Shown here piece by piece: positions 23,725-36,340 of a stretch of DNA of 64,000 nt. Source of the DNA: Octopus sinensis (Eukaryota); assembly GCF_006345805.1 (NCBI RefSeq), contig NW_021832223.1, forward strand, positions 62,001 through 126,000. Reading direction: 5' to 3'. Positions within the stretch are counted from its first letter, which is position 1. The number at the start of each line of letters is the position of its first letter. A program made the translations under genes and the position numbers. The notes below the pieces were generated by a model that made no database searches, was not told the DNA's origin, and worked only from the letters and a program-made list of their open reading frames with translations.

Positions 23725-24499
23725 TCGTTTCGCACGACTCATCTAATTCTGTATTAACATTTATCGCTTAGCTTTCACTACTAATTACTATAGCCACACA
23801 TCAACATTACAATTCATCACTACTTTCTCATTTTCACATTTGGGTTTACCACTCTATTACTCTGCAAATTAAATAATTTATTATTACCATTTACACAACT
23901 ACTATTAGACATGACCTGACTTTGAATAAAGTCTAAAGTCTTATCTACTTTAACTCACACGTGTGTCGTACAGCTTGAATATATTATGTTGAAATTTTTT
24001 TGCTTTTCTTGCAACGATTACGTCATGATCTACAATTCTAAAACAAATTTATATCATTGCTTCGTGTAACGATTTATTTAAACATTCGCTGTAATTGATG
24101 CTTCATAGTACACAATTGATTTAGAGACCAAATCGAAAGACTCCTGAAAATCAGAAAATTAATGTGTACACTTTTTGTCACAAGGCTGTGGGACAAATTT
24201 CCACTATAAACAATTTGTCGTAAAACTGTATTATTAATTAAAAAATCGAGAATATTCTTATACTCCTGAACATCCTTAACAATGTTGGCAAATCTCATTC
24301 CGATCATATTATCTCAAAGTGCGAAAAAATCTTTAATATTGAGTTGATAATTGTCAAGAGCTCAATTGGAGGTTAAATTCAAGGTTACAGCGTTTCACTT
24401 TAGACACGCGTTTCATTTATGGCGCTTGACAATGAATGATCTTGAACAAACATAAACTATTGCAACACCTCTGTGTTTTAATTAAAAACTGACAGGAAA

Positions 24500-25722
24500 T
24501 AAAAAACAATTTGTCTTTTGCAGATTGTCCTATGACTTTATTCAGTAGTCTGATCCGATGCCGGTTATCTTTTGTAAGATGAGAGCAGCGACCTTTCAAT
24601 GAGTTCCGTTCTTCGCTTAGAGGTAGAATCTCCGACAGAAATTTTCTTACTGGTTTTGGGTAAATTTTCCTCATTCTTAAGAATGATTTTCTTCCAATCA
24701 AAATTGTTCGGTAGAAGTGCTTGAGGGCGTTGTCGATCGAGTCGAAATCATGTACATCAAAGTTAACCAGTGCTTTGTCAATGGAATAGGCAAAATTGAC
24801 CCAATCTGCGTGCTTGTAGTCGTATTTCAGGTTGCGGAGCCCCTTTTTAATGGGCAATTTGACTTGGACTTTTATAATTAACGGATTGTGATCGCTCCGT
24901 AGATCGTAGGTAACGCCCCATTTGACCAGAGGTGCGAGGTTGGAAGAACAAAAAGTCAGATCGGGGGAGGTAGGCTTGTCCTTGGTGTTGTATGGAGTTC
25001 TTGTGTGCAGTGAGGGGTTGTCAGGATTACAAGGTTGTCCAATTGCTCGAGAATATACTTTTCTCGGGAGTCAGCGGTTTGTGACTTTAACCAATGCGGG
25101 TGTTTTGCATTCAAGTCCCCAAAATAATTAGATTATCACGATTATCAAACGGGCGTAGGTCTGTGATAAAATGTTTCGGGCACGATCCTGTTGGTGGGAT
25201 ATAATTGCAAATCACTATGTTTTCAAGTGAGGTGGGGATAGTAATTGCAGAAAATTCCAGACTCGTGTTTTTGCTTCCTTTAGGGCTGAGCGAAGGGGAG
25301 TATTCCTGGTAAGTGATTCCCTTCTTAATAAGTGTTATGAGACCCCCTCCACGGCCTGAGGGTCTGTCCAGGCGTTCCATGTGGTAGTTGGGGAAACGTG
25401 GAGACCTTGAAGAGGGATTGAGTTTTGTTTCTTGGAGTACACATATGTCGATATCATGCTTGATCAAAAAAGAGTTTAGTTCTGTTGATTTTCCAGTAAC
25501 TCCGTTGATGTTTAGTTGGAGAATTGATATATGTCTCTTTGGGCCGGGATTAGGTTCCACATCCCCACAGATAGTGAGAAGGGCAAAACGGGAGAGTGAG
25601 GTCCACAGAGAAGGCCGCCCCGGACTGACGATAGTCGCGGGGGGATGAGCGAATGATTCTTTTTTCATTAATCCAATAACTGGATTTTTGCGCCACCACA
25701 AAAGGCGAATCACACGACGCAT
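24500..25722 (-). mobile_element. 5' part of a second 2A-LINE (leader - 2A - APE - linker)
   Basis: MRRVIRLLWWR...LLTICGDVEPNPGPKRHISILQLNING...LQETK; TSPDLTFCSS; YDYKHADW linker. Confidence 0.85.
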
Positions 25723-25724
25723 GA

Positions 25725-25950
25725 AAAGTTCGTCAGAGGATTAAATGCAGAGGTCCCACTAACAAAAGTATGGGAAGAAACCTCGGGGCTACAGGCCCTA
25801 AAACACCACCACCGCGCCCTCACAGAAATTGTGCCGGGACAAGGGAGGAGCACCGGGCAAAGTTGAGGACCCTCCTCAGAGAAGCCGGGATCACCTGATT
25901 AATTAGTTTAATGTTTTGGACGGTGATCTTGGTTTTAATAATAATAATAC
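25725..25950 (+). mobile_element. 3' tip of the same 2A-LINE family
   Basis: RPHRNCAGTREEHRAKLRTLLREAGIT* (copy 1 reads RPYRKCVGTTAEHRERLRELLREAGIT*), then GACGGTGATCTT and a (TAA)n tail. Confidence 0.85.
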
Positions 25951-26559
25951 TTTCCTTTATGTTTTTAACACGGTGATCTTGCCAGGACTTATATTTGGAA
26001 AAGAGGCATGGTACTTCTCTAGAAAGAGGAGTTCCATTATCGGGAAGTTTGAGAATACTCGGAGACTGGCGTTAAAAATCGCCTACTCCCAAAGCCTGGA
26101 ATGCCCGATTCCCCCATGGCTCGAGGCTAAAACGCCTACGGTGGGGAAATTGGATATTGAAAAATTTTTTCATATGAATATGCAAAAAATGATACAATAG
26201 AATAGATAGAAAATTGCGGAAACATTGAAGATGAAAATAAAAATGATGAAAAAGAAATTAACAAAAATGACATTGCGGTGAGGTTAATGACAATTGAAAA
26301 AGAGCATGATATCGTACTTATCTCATCTACAAGACGCTACAAAGAAAATATAATGATATCTAAAAAAAACAAATGGGAATTGGATTTTACTTTAAAAAAT
26401 CAAGATTTGCCTCAACTGCCTCTACTCTGAGAAGGAGGTGGCAGTGGGTGGGATGTCCTCTACTCCTGTCTTTAAAAGTGAAGTGACGAAGGAAATGATG
26501 TAATTCTTTAAAATTTATTTAGAATTTAAGTATGTCAGAATTATACTATATAGAAACAC

Positions 26560-27000
26560 AAATAAATAAATGAAAACAAATATTATACTATTGAATTGAA
26601 GCGGATGCCAAATGAAGTGGAGTTGTCTCATCAAATATAAAACATTTGCACGATCCTTTGCATCAATTGGGGCGTCATCATTAAGCAATATCGACATACA
26701 TTGCCATTTGTTGCCGCAAAGTCGAGAGCTGTTTATAAAAATTGGTTTCTGTGTTTACGCAAATGAGCAACCCGGCTTTGATGTCTGCGCTAATCTCAAT
26801 GATAAATTTTAAAATTTACTTGTGTCCGTTTAAGGCAACCAAGTCGAAAGGCGTATTGGAGTTTTCGTTATTCCGTGGATCAACCATGTTTGCAAGGATT
26901 TTGACAACTCTGCTGTTTCCGTTTGATAAAATACTTTAAAAATCCATTTTGACCTCAGGAATACATGCCTGTTTGCTCACTGTCATTTTTGAGAGTACAG
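26560..27000 (-). pseudogene. Ankyrin-repeat gene remnant
   Basis: NTPFDLVALNGH, TALDFAATNGN, ETTPLHLASA and ILLNDDAPIDAKD in broken frames. Confidence 0.65.
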
Positions 27001-27689
27001 TTGGTTTATCAGTATTTATAGATAATCAAACACAACTTTTGACACCTCAACATCTTGATCCCATTTCTTTGTATCCGTATTTTAGCTATCTGGAGCATCA
27101 ATGAGATATGCGCTCTAACATTTACACTGTTTACAAGCTACTAGGTAGAATTGTATTTAATTAAAATAATGTTTGTTTTCAATAATAAATTATCTTAATT
27201 TTTGGTTATCCAATTATTAAAAGAAAACCTAATAAATTATGCCACGTGTAAACACGCGGTTGACATACCTTGTTGTTTTGTTACGGTATTTAGTGGATTT
27301 TGATTTTTTTATTTAATTGGATTCAGAAGGAATATTTCGCAATGTAATTTCTTTTAATGGTTAAATTATCTGAAATTTCATTATTTTGTAATATTTGTAT
27401 GTTTATTCCTTCAATCTGTATATTCCCCTTATTTTGAAATTTTTGAAAAATTATTTTCTCATTAATCTTTATTTATTGAATTTTAATATATTTTTTATGA
27501 AAATTTTTATTCTTTTTAACACAATTTTATTTATGACGGAAAGATAGAAAATTCATATGAGAAATCAATAATTTCACATTATGTGGAATATGAGCTGATG
27601 ATAACTTTCTTACAATAACAATATCATTCCTGTAGGAAAATGGCTTATATAATTTTGTTTAAAATCCTTAAATTATTTTACATCGTGAA

Positions 27690-29443
27690 TGTGACCGGTT
27701 TCTGAGCGGACCCGGTTTTTGGAAGGACCAGGTGCGTATATTAAAATAAAAAATGGATAAAATAATTTATTTTCATTAGAAAATAAAAATTGGTTTTATT
27801 TTTTATTATATTATTGTAATAATTAATTAATTAAATTCAACATAAAAAATGGGTTTCGTTGTACTTTCAAAAGCAAATCTTCAAAAAATTAAAAAAATCA
27901 AAGAGTTGAGGGATCTAGATGAAGTGATTGAAAAAAGAGAAAAGCATTGATTTAGAATTCACGGAAAAAAATTTGAATTCTCTGATTACTCAGATTTTTT
28001 TGTATAGAAGAGAAAGAACTAAAGCTAACAATGATTGAGGTTATCTATAAATCTCCTTATGTTTAGAAGGCACATAATTTTAATCATTTTGGCAGAGATA
28101 GAATGATTAGTCAGCTGTCAGAAAAAATTTACGGTGTTACTCGAAATGAGATTGAAAATGTTATTAAAAACTGTGTTTTTTGTCAGGTATAATAATTAAA
28201 ATAAGGCGATTAGTCAAAAAGATTAGGTTCTTGTTACCATTGATTCGTTTTTAAAGTGTGCAGCTGTTGAATTATCTAAAACTAAGACAGCAAAAGAAAT
28301 ATCTAGTCTCTTTAGAAATATTTTCTATATTATTGGTGCTCCAATTATTTTGCAAACCGACAATGGAAAAGAGTTTAACAATTCCCATTTGAACGAGTTA
28401 TGTGCTGAATTTGATATACATCACGTATGTGGAAGACCACGCGCACTGTGGATACAAGGCCAAGTGGAGAGGTAATTACTAATTTATGAATTTTTAGATT
28501 TAACCAATCCATTAAAAACTGAATATCTTCGACTAGTGCATCGAATGGAAATTTTGGAAGATATGTGGACATTTTTTAAAAAATTACGTATGATTATAAT
28601 AAGACGGTCCATGCAACTACAAAGCATAGACCATTCAGCATTTTTATGAATTATGGAAGTGATTTTCTGCCAAATACAAAACAACTTGAAGGTCTAATGG
28701 CTTTTGAAGCTGAAGATGAAAACGCGGAAATTTGTTATCAAGCAAACTCGGATAATATTTCATGTGAAAATTGTGAATCTGCTTTGAAAAACATCACAAA
28801 AGCAGGCGAGAAAATGAAAAAGAAAATGGAGCCACGATGAAGAAAATATAAATATCGGAGATTCTGTCATTATTAAACATGACATCGATGCTAATACCAA
28901 CAATAGAAGGCTTCCCTTATTTGATAATGTCGATACAACAAAATATAAAATTATCGAAAAAAATAATTACAACTATTCTTTAGAAGATGAAATGGAAATG
29001 TCCATAAGAATATTAATATTTCTATAATAAAAAAGTTTAACTAAATTTTAAAATTCTTTAAGTGAAGAGATACCGCGGCCGTAGGCCGCATAGGGGATTA
29101 GTTAAATTTTTATATCAAACCTTGTGGGTTAGAATAGTTTTTTATTGACAGTTATTTTAAGATTTGATTTTTAAAATATTTAGGTTTAAAATCATTAAAT
29201 AACAATATAATGTTTTTTAACATTTTACACAAAAATCAAATAAAATTACTTATTTAAAATTTAAAAAGCACTTTTGAAGGGTATGTTGGTTTTGTGAGCA
29301 ATGATAAAATCAGAAACAGCTTAAGAAATTATTTAAACATGGTCTAATTTATTGTATAACTATTTTCAGGATAAAATAAAACGATTTATACAATTTTTTG
29401 TGTGGTCCTTCCAAAAACCGGGTCCGCTCTAAAACCGGTGACA
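27690..29443 (+). mobile_element. Ginger-like DNA transposon (retroviral-type integrase, intron-containing)
   Basis: ~40-bp TIRs TGT(G/C)ACCGGTTT..GAGCGGACCCGGTTTTTGGAAGGACCA; 5-bp TSD GTGAA; NHFGRD...NCVFCQ zinc motif, ILQTDNGKEF, QGQVERFNQ. Confidence 0.85.
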
Positions 29444-29914
29444 GTGAATAAGCAAATTTGCTTGAAAACGAACTGTCAATCCTCCATGAAGAAAAAGTAA
29501 GAATTATTTTAATTGTCTTGACATGGAGTTGTCCTAAAGTTTTTTAAAAGTCACATGGATAAGTTGCCTCTATTGCATGAACTTTTTATGGATCCAATTA
29601 ACTAATTATTACGATGTTAATCTGCTCGTTATCCGCTCGAGATTATTGTCCTGCTTTTAGAGGAGGAATAACCAACACCACTATTTTATTCTCCGTCACC
29701 AAATCAGTTACAGCATCTTTATCCCCACTTTTTGTATTGTCTTCATATTTTCTTCAATTATGAGGCTACTGGCTAAATTTATCTCTTCATCAGTGATTCT
29801 GGTTCCGTGTCTATATTCAACTATCATCCTTCCAGTTTTTTCCCCAACACAATTGAAAAAATAAAAAAAACTATTTTTCACTTATTAAATTGAATTTTTG
29901 AATCAAGAGAACTG

Positions 29915-30620
29915 TCAATGGGGAATAATCTTACTATATTCTTGCAAAGAATATCCCGTGACTGGATCAGGAACTTGATAATTGTTTTTCCATGATGAAT
30001 CGGGATAATATGAGTACTGAGGAAGCTGGTAATTAAATGGATTGTCTCCAACGTATTCTCCAGCTACCATCCAATCACATTGATTAAGGAACTCTGTACT
30101 TCCCAATTGAGGAAACTGCATTCCATTAACAGAATAACTCTGAGGAACGTAGTAGTGCAAGTCGTGGTGTGACCCTCCCTCGGTGTAATACTGGTAGGGA
30201 TAATAATAGTTGTGGTTTATTTCGTTTGTATAATTTTCGTTTAAAAAATTAGTATTCAGGGTTAATTCAGAAGAATTAGTGTCCGCAAGTGATTGAGGAG
30301 TTACGGAAACTGAGGGATTTCTATTTCAATTAAAAAACTCGAGTTTTACTTTTTTTCCAAGTTTAAATTTGAAGAACCCTGTTCCTTTAATTTTTGATTG
30401 TCAATTAATTTCTTATAATTTAAATATTACGTGGAATACTTTATTTTTTCTTGGTTTTTTAGGACCATTTTTCTTCTTATAATAATATACTTTTACTAAA
30501 TTTTTGGAGTTTATGTAAATTGGATTTGTTCTGGAAACTTCAGACATTGTGCAGGTTAAGTGAACGTTATTTATAACAACAAAACGAGATGTAAGGAAGT
30601 AAATAAATTTAATTCCTTCC
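29915..30620 (-). CDS. Probable spliced host gene with basic segment and Y/P/Q-rich low-complexity C-terminus; product unknown
   Basis: Open frames 30413-30622 (KKKNGPKKPRKNK) and 29915-30160, joined through a short GT-AG intron near 30420-30440. Confidence 0.35.
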
Positions 30621-31239
30621 AACGTTTAGGTTTCCCAAAGAATAAATACTCAATAATTTTAAGTACGCAAAAATTTAAATTTATAATTAATATAAATTTA
30701 ATATTTATTCCAAATTTATATGATTAGCTTTTTTTATCAGTGAGTCCTGTTTCATGGAAAATGTCACAAAACGTGTTTAAAGAACGAATAGCCGTGTTGT
30801 CCTCTTCCAAGAAGTAGTCGTCAGTGTAGTCCATTCCGGCAGTGTTGTTCTTCACAATGACCACTCCACTTTCCGAGAGAGTCCCAGCGAACGAAATTTC
30901 TTCGCAGTAAGTGGCCGGACACCCACTGCATCCACAAAATGTGATAATAGTTCTGTTCCAGGAAAAAGTCTCGCATAGTCCTGTTCTCCAATGTACAGTC
31001 GGGAATTGGAAATAAAGTCAGGAGACACCGGTATAATCAGAATGTGTAAAACGCCATAATTCGGTTGGTCTCTTGTGGCGCATTTTTTGACTCAGAAGAG
31101 TTCAGTGTTCGCTATTTGTTTTGGAACAGTCGTTCTTGTTTCAATAAAAACAAATTAGAGTGATTTTAAATCCTCAAAGAAAAGAATAAGGCTATTTTAT
31201 AGAGATTCGAAAGAATATTTACGTAATGTCATTATTATT

Positions 31240-32050
31240 GAGATATTTATAAGTTATATCATAAAAACGATAAGATTAAATTAAGTAAATCGAAATAACA
31301 ATCAAAGAATTATGCTTTTTTATCAAAGTAATATTCCAGTCCCGTTTGTTTTCTCTTAATATTTTGATGTTTTTCTTCAAATCTTCGAATTGAAGTAATT
31401 AGACGCACATCTTCGTTTTCGACAATTTCGATTAGTGACTTCTCAATTTCTCTTAATTTTACACCAATCTCATTTCTAGTGAAATGAATTATTGTTTGTT
31501 CATTTGAAGGAAAATTTTTATCTGCAGATTGTTTTTCAGGATCTTCATTATCGAAATTACTTTCTTCGCTAATTGCAAATTTTTTTATAAGCGAATTAAA
31601 TTGCATTTTCTTCTAAATAATTTATAGAAATGAATTATTCAATTTGAATAGGATCATAAATATCTGTTTTAATTATCAATTCATCAATTAAATTTTTATC
31701 TGTAGATTGTTCATCAAAATCTATTTTTTTCAGTTTTTTGAAGCAATTTTCAATAGTTTTTGAGCATACGTCTTCCCAAGCCATTTTTATAAAAAAACAG
31801 TGTCCTTAAGATTTAAATGTTTATAGGATTCATAAACCGAAACTTTGTCAGTTTCCAAAATTTTAGTGAGATAAAATAATTGGTGCCTATTAAAGTGCAC
31901 TTTAAATGTTTTGATAATTCCCAAGTCCATTGGTTGAATTATTCTTGTTGCATTTTTAGGAAAGAACATAATTTTTATATTTTCACATGAATTTCACAAG
32001 ACCAGCTGTTCTTTCTAAGTGCTCAAACAATTTTAATCTAGATTTCAGAA
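31240..32050 (-). pseudogene. Tigger/pogo transposase remnant
   Basis: FFPKNATRIIQPMDLGIIKTFK; AWEDVCSKTIENCFKK. Confidence 0.75.
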
Positions 32051-32399
32051 TAAATCGTTTTCTTCAATCATAGATCACAAAATCTTAAGAGTTACATGTT
32101 ATAAATTACCCACATTTACAGATTGATAGATTCCATCTAATTTTGGATCACTTTTAATTTTAAATCGCAGCTGAAGTTAAAATTTTTTACTAAAAGCATC
32201 CAGGATATTCTGACGTGTAACTCAAATATCCCTTTGAAGCATTACCTGCCACTTGACCTTCTGAGGACAACTCGATTCCAAAATTTCTTGTAAAAATTTT
32301 CCTGAAAAATTGATTTTTCCTAAAAAAACATTTGTCTTCCACAAATTTATAAACATTGCCTTTAATCATGCATAGCTTGACAATTTCAATATACAAATA

Positions 32400-32860
32400 C
32401 AGTAAAACCTCTCGAATCCGCCGATTTTGGGACCGACCAAAAAATCGGCGGATTCGAGAGGCAATTTAAATAATTTGATGAGATGGACATTGATCTATTA
32501 CAAGTAGAATTTTTCTTTTTTTCTTTGCAAGTTCACAATCAAAATCACTGGAAATTTGAGGTGCAGAAACGAATGGGTTGTCAGAAATACAACGTAGTAT
32601 AGAAATTTTTTCGTTGATAGAAAGTCTAACACAGCGACGCATCACACAAATACAATTTAACGTGTAATGAGAATTTTAAAATGTTAATTAATTTAACTTA
32701 CAATTAGATAAAAAAATTATTTTTCATAATACTTGAGGAGCGGATTCGAGAAACAAGCGGATTCAAGAATCATTTATAGGAAATTTCAAATTTTTGATTA
32801 AAACAAGCGGATTCGAGAAGCGGCGGATTCGAGAAGCAGCGGATTCGAGAGGTTTCACTG
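32400..32860. mobile_element. Tigger-family MITE
   Basis: TIRs CAGTAAAACCTCTCGAATCCGC / GCGGATTCGAGAGGTTTCACTG, TA on both sides, repeated GCGGATTCGAGA subterminal motifs. Confidence 0.9.
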
Positions 32861-33149
32861 TACTGCCCTATTTTCGTAATACTAAAGACTGTAAGGCTTG
32901 TTGATGGGGTTAGTAAATAACTAAAGTACTACAAAATCAGTCAAAACGTATAAATATCTCGAATAATTCCATTTACGCTGCATATGAGAGCCAGGATAAA
33001 ATAAACATCAACTGAGGGACAAAAAAGACGACGTTCTAAAAGTAGTTGAAAAATACTTTAAAAGCACTTAAAATATAAATGAATGTTGACTTACTTGTCT
33101 ATTGATCCAAAGTGTTAGTAGCAAATTCCTATTCCAAAAAGGAAAATTT

Positions 33150-34500
33150 CACTTCTCAAGGAATCTTTGTTCAGTTTAAAGTATAGCTGGTATGCAAAAA
33201 GTGCTGGAAGTGAAAATAATACCTACATGTATTTATGAACTTGGGATGGTGTGATAACTCGAAAATTTCTACAATATGAATGTTTTCTTAACATCAATGA
33301 GAGAAAGCACGCATATTTTAATCACTAACATCGATAGCATATAAAGAAAATCCTCGATAGCACTATTGTCTTTTTTAGAAACACAGTTGAGTCGTAGGAA
33401 AGGAAATTTGGATTAGGTCGGTGTATTGATCACAGTGAAGTTGAATCTTGTTTGTCTCAAATAGACGATTCTAAATTGGATGATTCTTTAGTTGGGAATA
33501 TAAAACTGGAGCCTGTTCCTTATAAAGAACCCAAAGAAATCTATCAAAACCAGTTTGATAGATGGTTTCAACATTAGTTTTATGCAAACAAGCTCAGTTA
33601 GAAGTTCTATTTTTATAATTCTATTTTTAACTATGGATTTAATCTTCCGGGGAGTATGATATCGGAGATTTGAACATCTGCTTAAACCTGAGGTGCACCA
33701 GATTAATTCATAAAATAGCTGCATCGTGATCGTCGTACTTGTGCTCAACGCGCAAAATTGATCCATCTCCTCCAAATGTGATCAAACATCCAATATCCTT
33801 TAGGTTTGCTGAGAAAAAAGGTGCCTCTCCGAGATCGCCTGCTTTATCATCCTCAACGACAACCTGAATGGTGTTTTCTTTTTGAAAAGAGATAAACTGT
33901 TCACGAATTTTTTTGATACAAAATTTTTAGTTCTAGGGAAATAAGTCATTTTTTTCATTGGACTTTGGCTTTGTCTTGAAAAAGTCTCAAAGACCTGTTT
34001 AGGAATATTGTCGAGGGAAAGTCCAACTCTTTTTAACAAATCTTCATTACTACCATGCCGCACAAATTCCTAAGGAACTCCAAAATTTTAAGTGGGGAAA
34101 TGAGTCAATTCTTCTTAGACGATAAAAGATTATAATCGATGATATGAGACCTTGAAGTGCATGTTCTTTAATTGTAACAACACCTCGAGAGTTTTGAAAG
34201 TGTCTTTTCAGGAACTCTTTATTCAAAGGTTTAGCAAAGATAGGGTCAATGACGGTACCATCAATGCCTACTAGAAGCAAAAGTTGGCATGTTTGCATAG
34301 CAATATCCACCATGTACCCAAGAGCTACTATCGTCAGATTTTTTTCTTTTTTTAAGAATCTTCTCTTGCCAAAAAAACTTGTTCGATTGGAATCTACCGT
34401 CTTAAGCTAGGATATTGGATGGCAGTTGGAAGGTTCCATTCGAAAAGACTTTCTAGAAGGACTTTTAGCATATTCCCACCTCTAAGGTGCATGATGACCA
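33150..34500 (-). pseudogene. Highly degraded Ty3/gypsy-like pol remnant
   Basis: Weak RT-like traces (RIDSFPHL, EDLLKRVG, LFKKKTPFRL) in broken frames; no LTRs seen. Confidence 0.4.
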
Positions 34501-35419
34501 TATTCGGCGCGGATTTAAATTATTTAATCACTGAGGGAGTTTTGTGGGCGGAATGGGTTAGTATATAACTGGGGGACTGTCGATAGATGTGTAAGTATGA
34601 GGGGAGTCCTCAAGTCAATGGTTAGTCGACTCCCCACTGCGGAGTATCTGGATATGAGGGGGCACAGACTGTACTTCTGCATTGACGATGTCCTCTTCTC
34701 CAAATCCGTTCTACTTTCCACATTTTTATAGACGTCTTTTGAGGGAATTGATAAGTCAGAATTGTTACCCTTGGCCTTGCCATATCTTTAGTTGGGTTTT
34801 TAGTTTGCATAATTACTTATTACATATCCCATGAATTCACTATAAAAACGTTCTACTTAATTTCTTTTGAAATAATAGGATTAGGATCAGGACTATTTCT
34901 GCCTTGTTTCTATTCAGTAGCAACCTCTTTCAGAGGCATTCACTTTTTTGGACTTGTTGACTTGATCGGACTTTATGATAGTGGTTTGCTTCACTACAAA
35001 AAATGTAAATAAACAATCAATTATCTTATTATACGTCAATGCTTGTAGCATTTCTCATCATAATTTTCTTGTTCAATAGGCTAAGGACAAAGAGAGAAGT
35101 AACTCTTTAGAGAAGGAAGGGTTAGAAAGATTTCAGTAAATTTTTTTTAAGATTTAAACACTTCTTTCAAAAGACTCCTTAAATAGTCTTCTACTTACTT
35201 TAATATAAAGAGAGGTTAAAACGTTTTCATGCACTCAAAAATGTTATTGAAAATAATTTGAGCTATTTCAAGGCTTAAAAGTGCATTTGAAAAACAAAAT
35301 GCGATTTTAATTAGATCTTGAAATATACAATGAACAGAATGAATAATAAATTAATTCTCCAGAATGCCTGTAATATAAATAGATTTTATACCAATCTTAT
35401 CAAGATTTTCAGAGAAATT

Positions 35420-36340
35420 AATTTTTCCCACATTGCTGACTCCTAGACGAATTAAATCGTTAATAGATTGTGGTTTGCACAGGGAAAATAAATTAAATAT
35501 ATTCCTCAAAAGATTGTTTTTTAGAAAGCAGACATGATTTTTGAATCAATGAAACATGGAAGCTCATTTTATGAAGGAAATTAAGACTTATCAATAAAAA
35601 TTTTCAAAATGGTAATTTTACATCCCGAAGAGTTATCAGGAATTTCAACAATTTTTTTAATGCTTATAGGACAGAGAATTATTTAGGGACCTTGCCTGAA
35701 GATCTAAGCAAATTAATTTTTCCGATCAAACAAAATACGAGTTATTTTCCTAAAATAAAAGAAATAATGTTCGATAATTTCACAATGAAAGATATCATTT
35801 GGCGAACACTATACCACGGTTAAATTTGGAGGAGGAAGTGTTCTAGTCTGGAGCTTATCTGGTTTAAAGGAGTAGGCCGGCTTGTTTTTATTGATGGGGT
35901 TTGAAGCCTGCACATCATATGCAAATCTTAGCACAAAATTTAAATCAGTCTGCTGGAGAAATGCTTTTAACTGACTTACAATTTATGCAAGATGACGACC
36001 CAAAACATACAACTCGAGTCACGACCAAATTTCTAAAAAAAGAAATTAAAGCAATCAATTGGCCCCCACAAAATCAAGATTTCAACCAATTGAGCATGCG
36101 TGGGGCTATATCGATTACGTGGAATGGGAAGACTAAATAAGGAGACGTTAAAGCACAAAATTACAAAAATTTGAAATAATCTACAATGAACTAATAAAAA
36201 TATGTTTTGAGCTTCTAAAAACAGTTCTAAAAGTCTGTGGGGCAAAAGAAAAACACATTATGTATAAAATACTTTCTGTCACTTTTTTCTGAATTAAGAT
36301 TTTTTGAAATATGTTGTTACTTTGAAAATTTAGCCGACCG
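35420..36340 (+). mobile_element. Tc1 (DD34E) transposase remnant with one terminus
   Basis: TVKFGGGSVLVW, GVGRLVFIDG, FMQDDDPKHT, WPPQNQDFN; right end ...TAGCCGACCG-TA. Confidence 0.8.
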
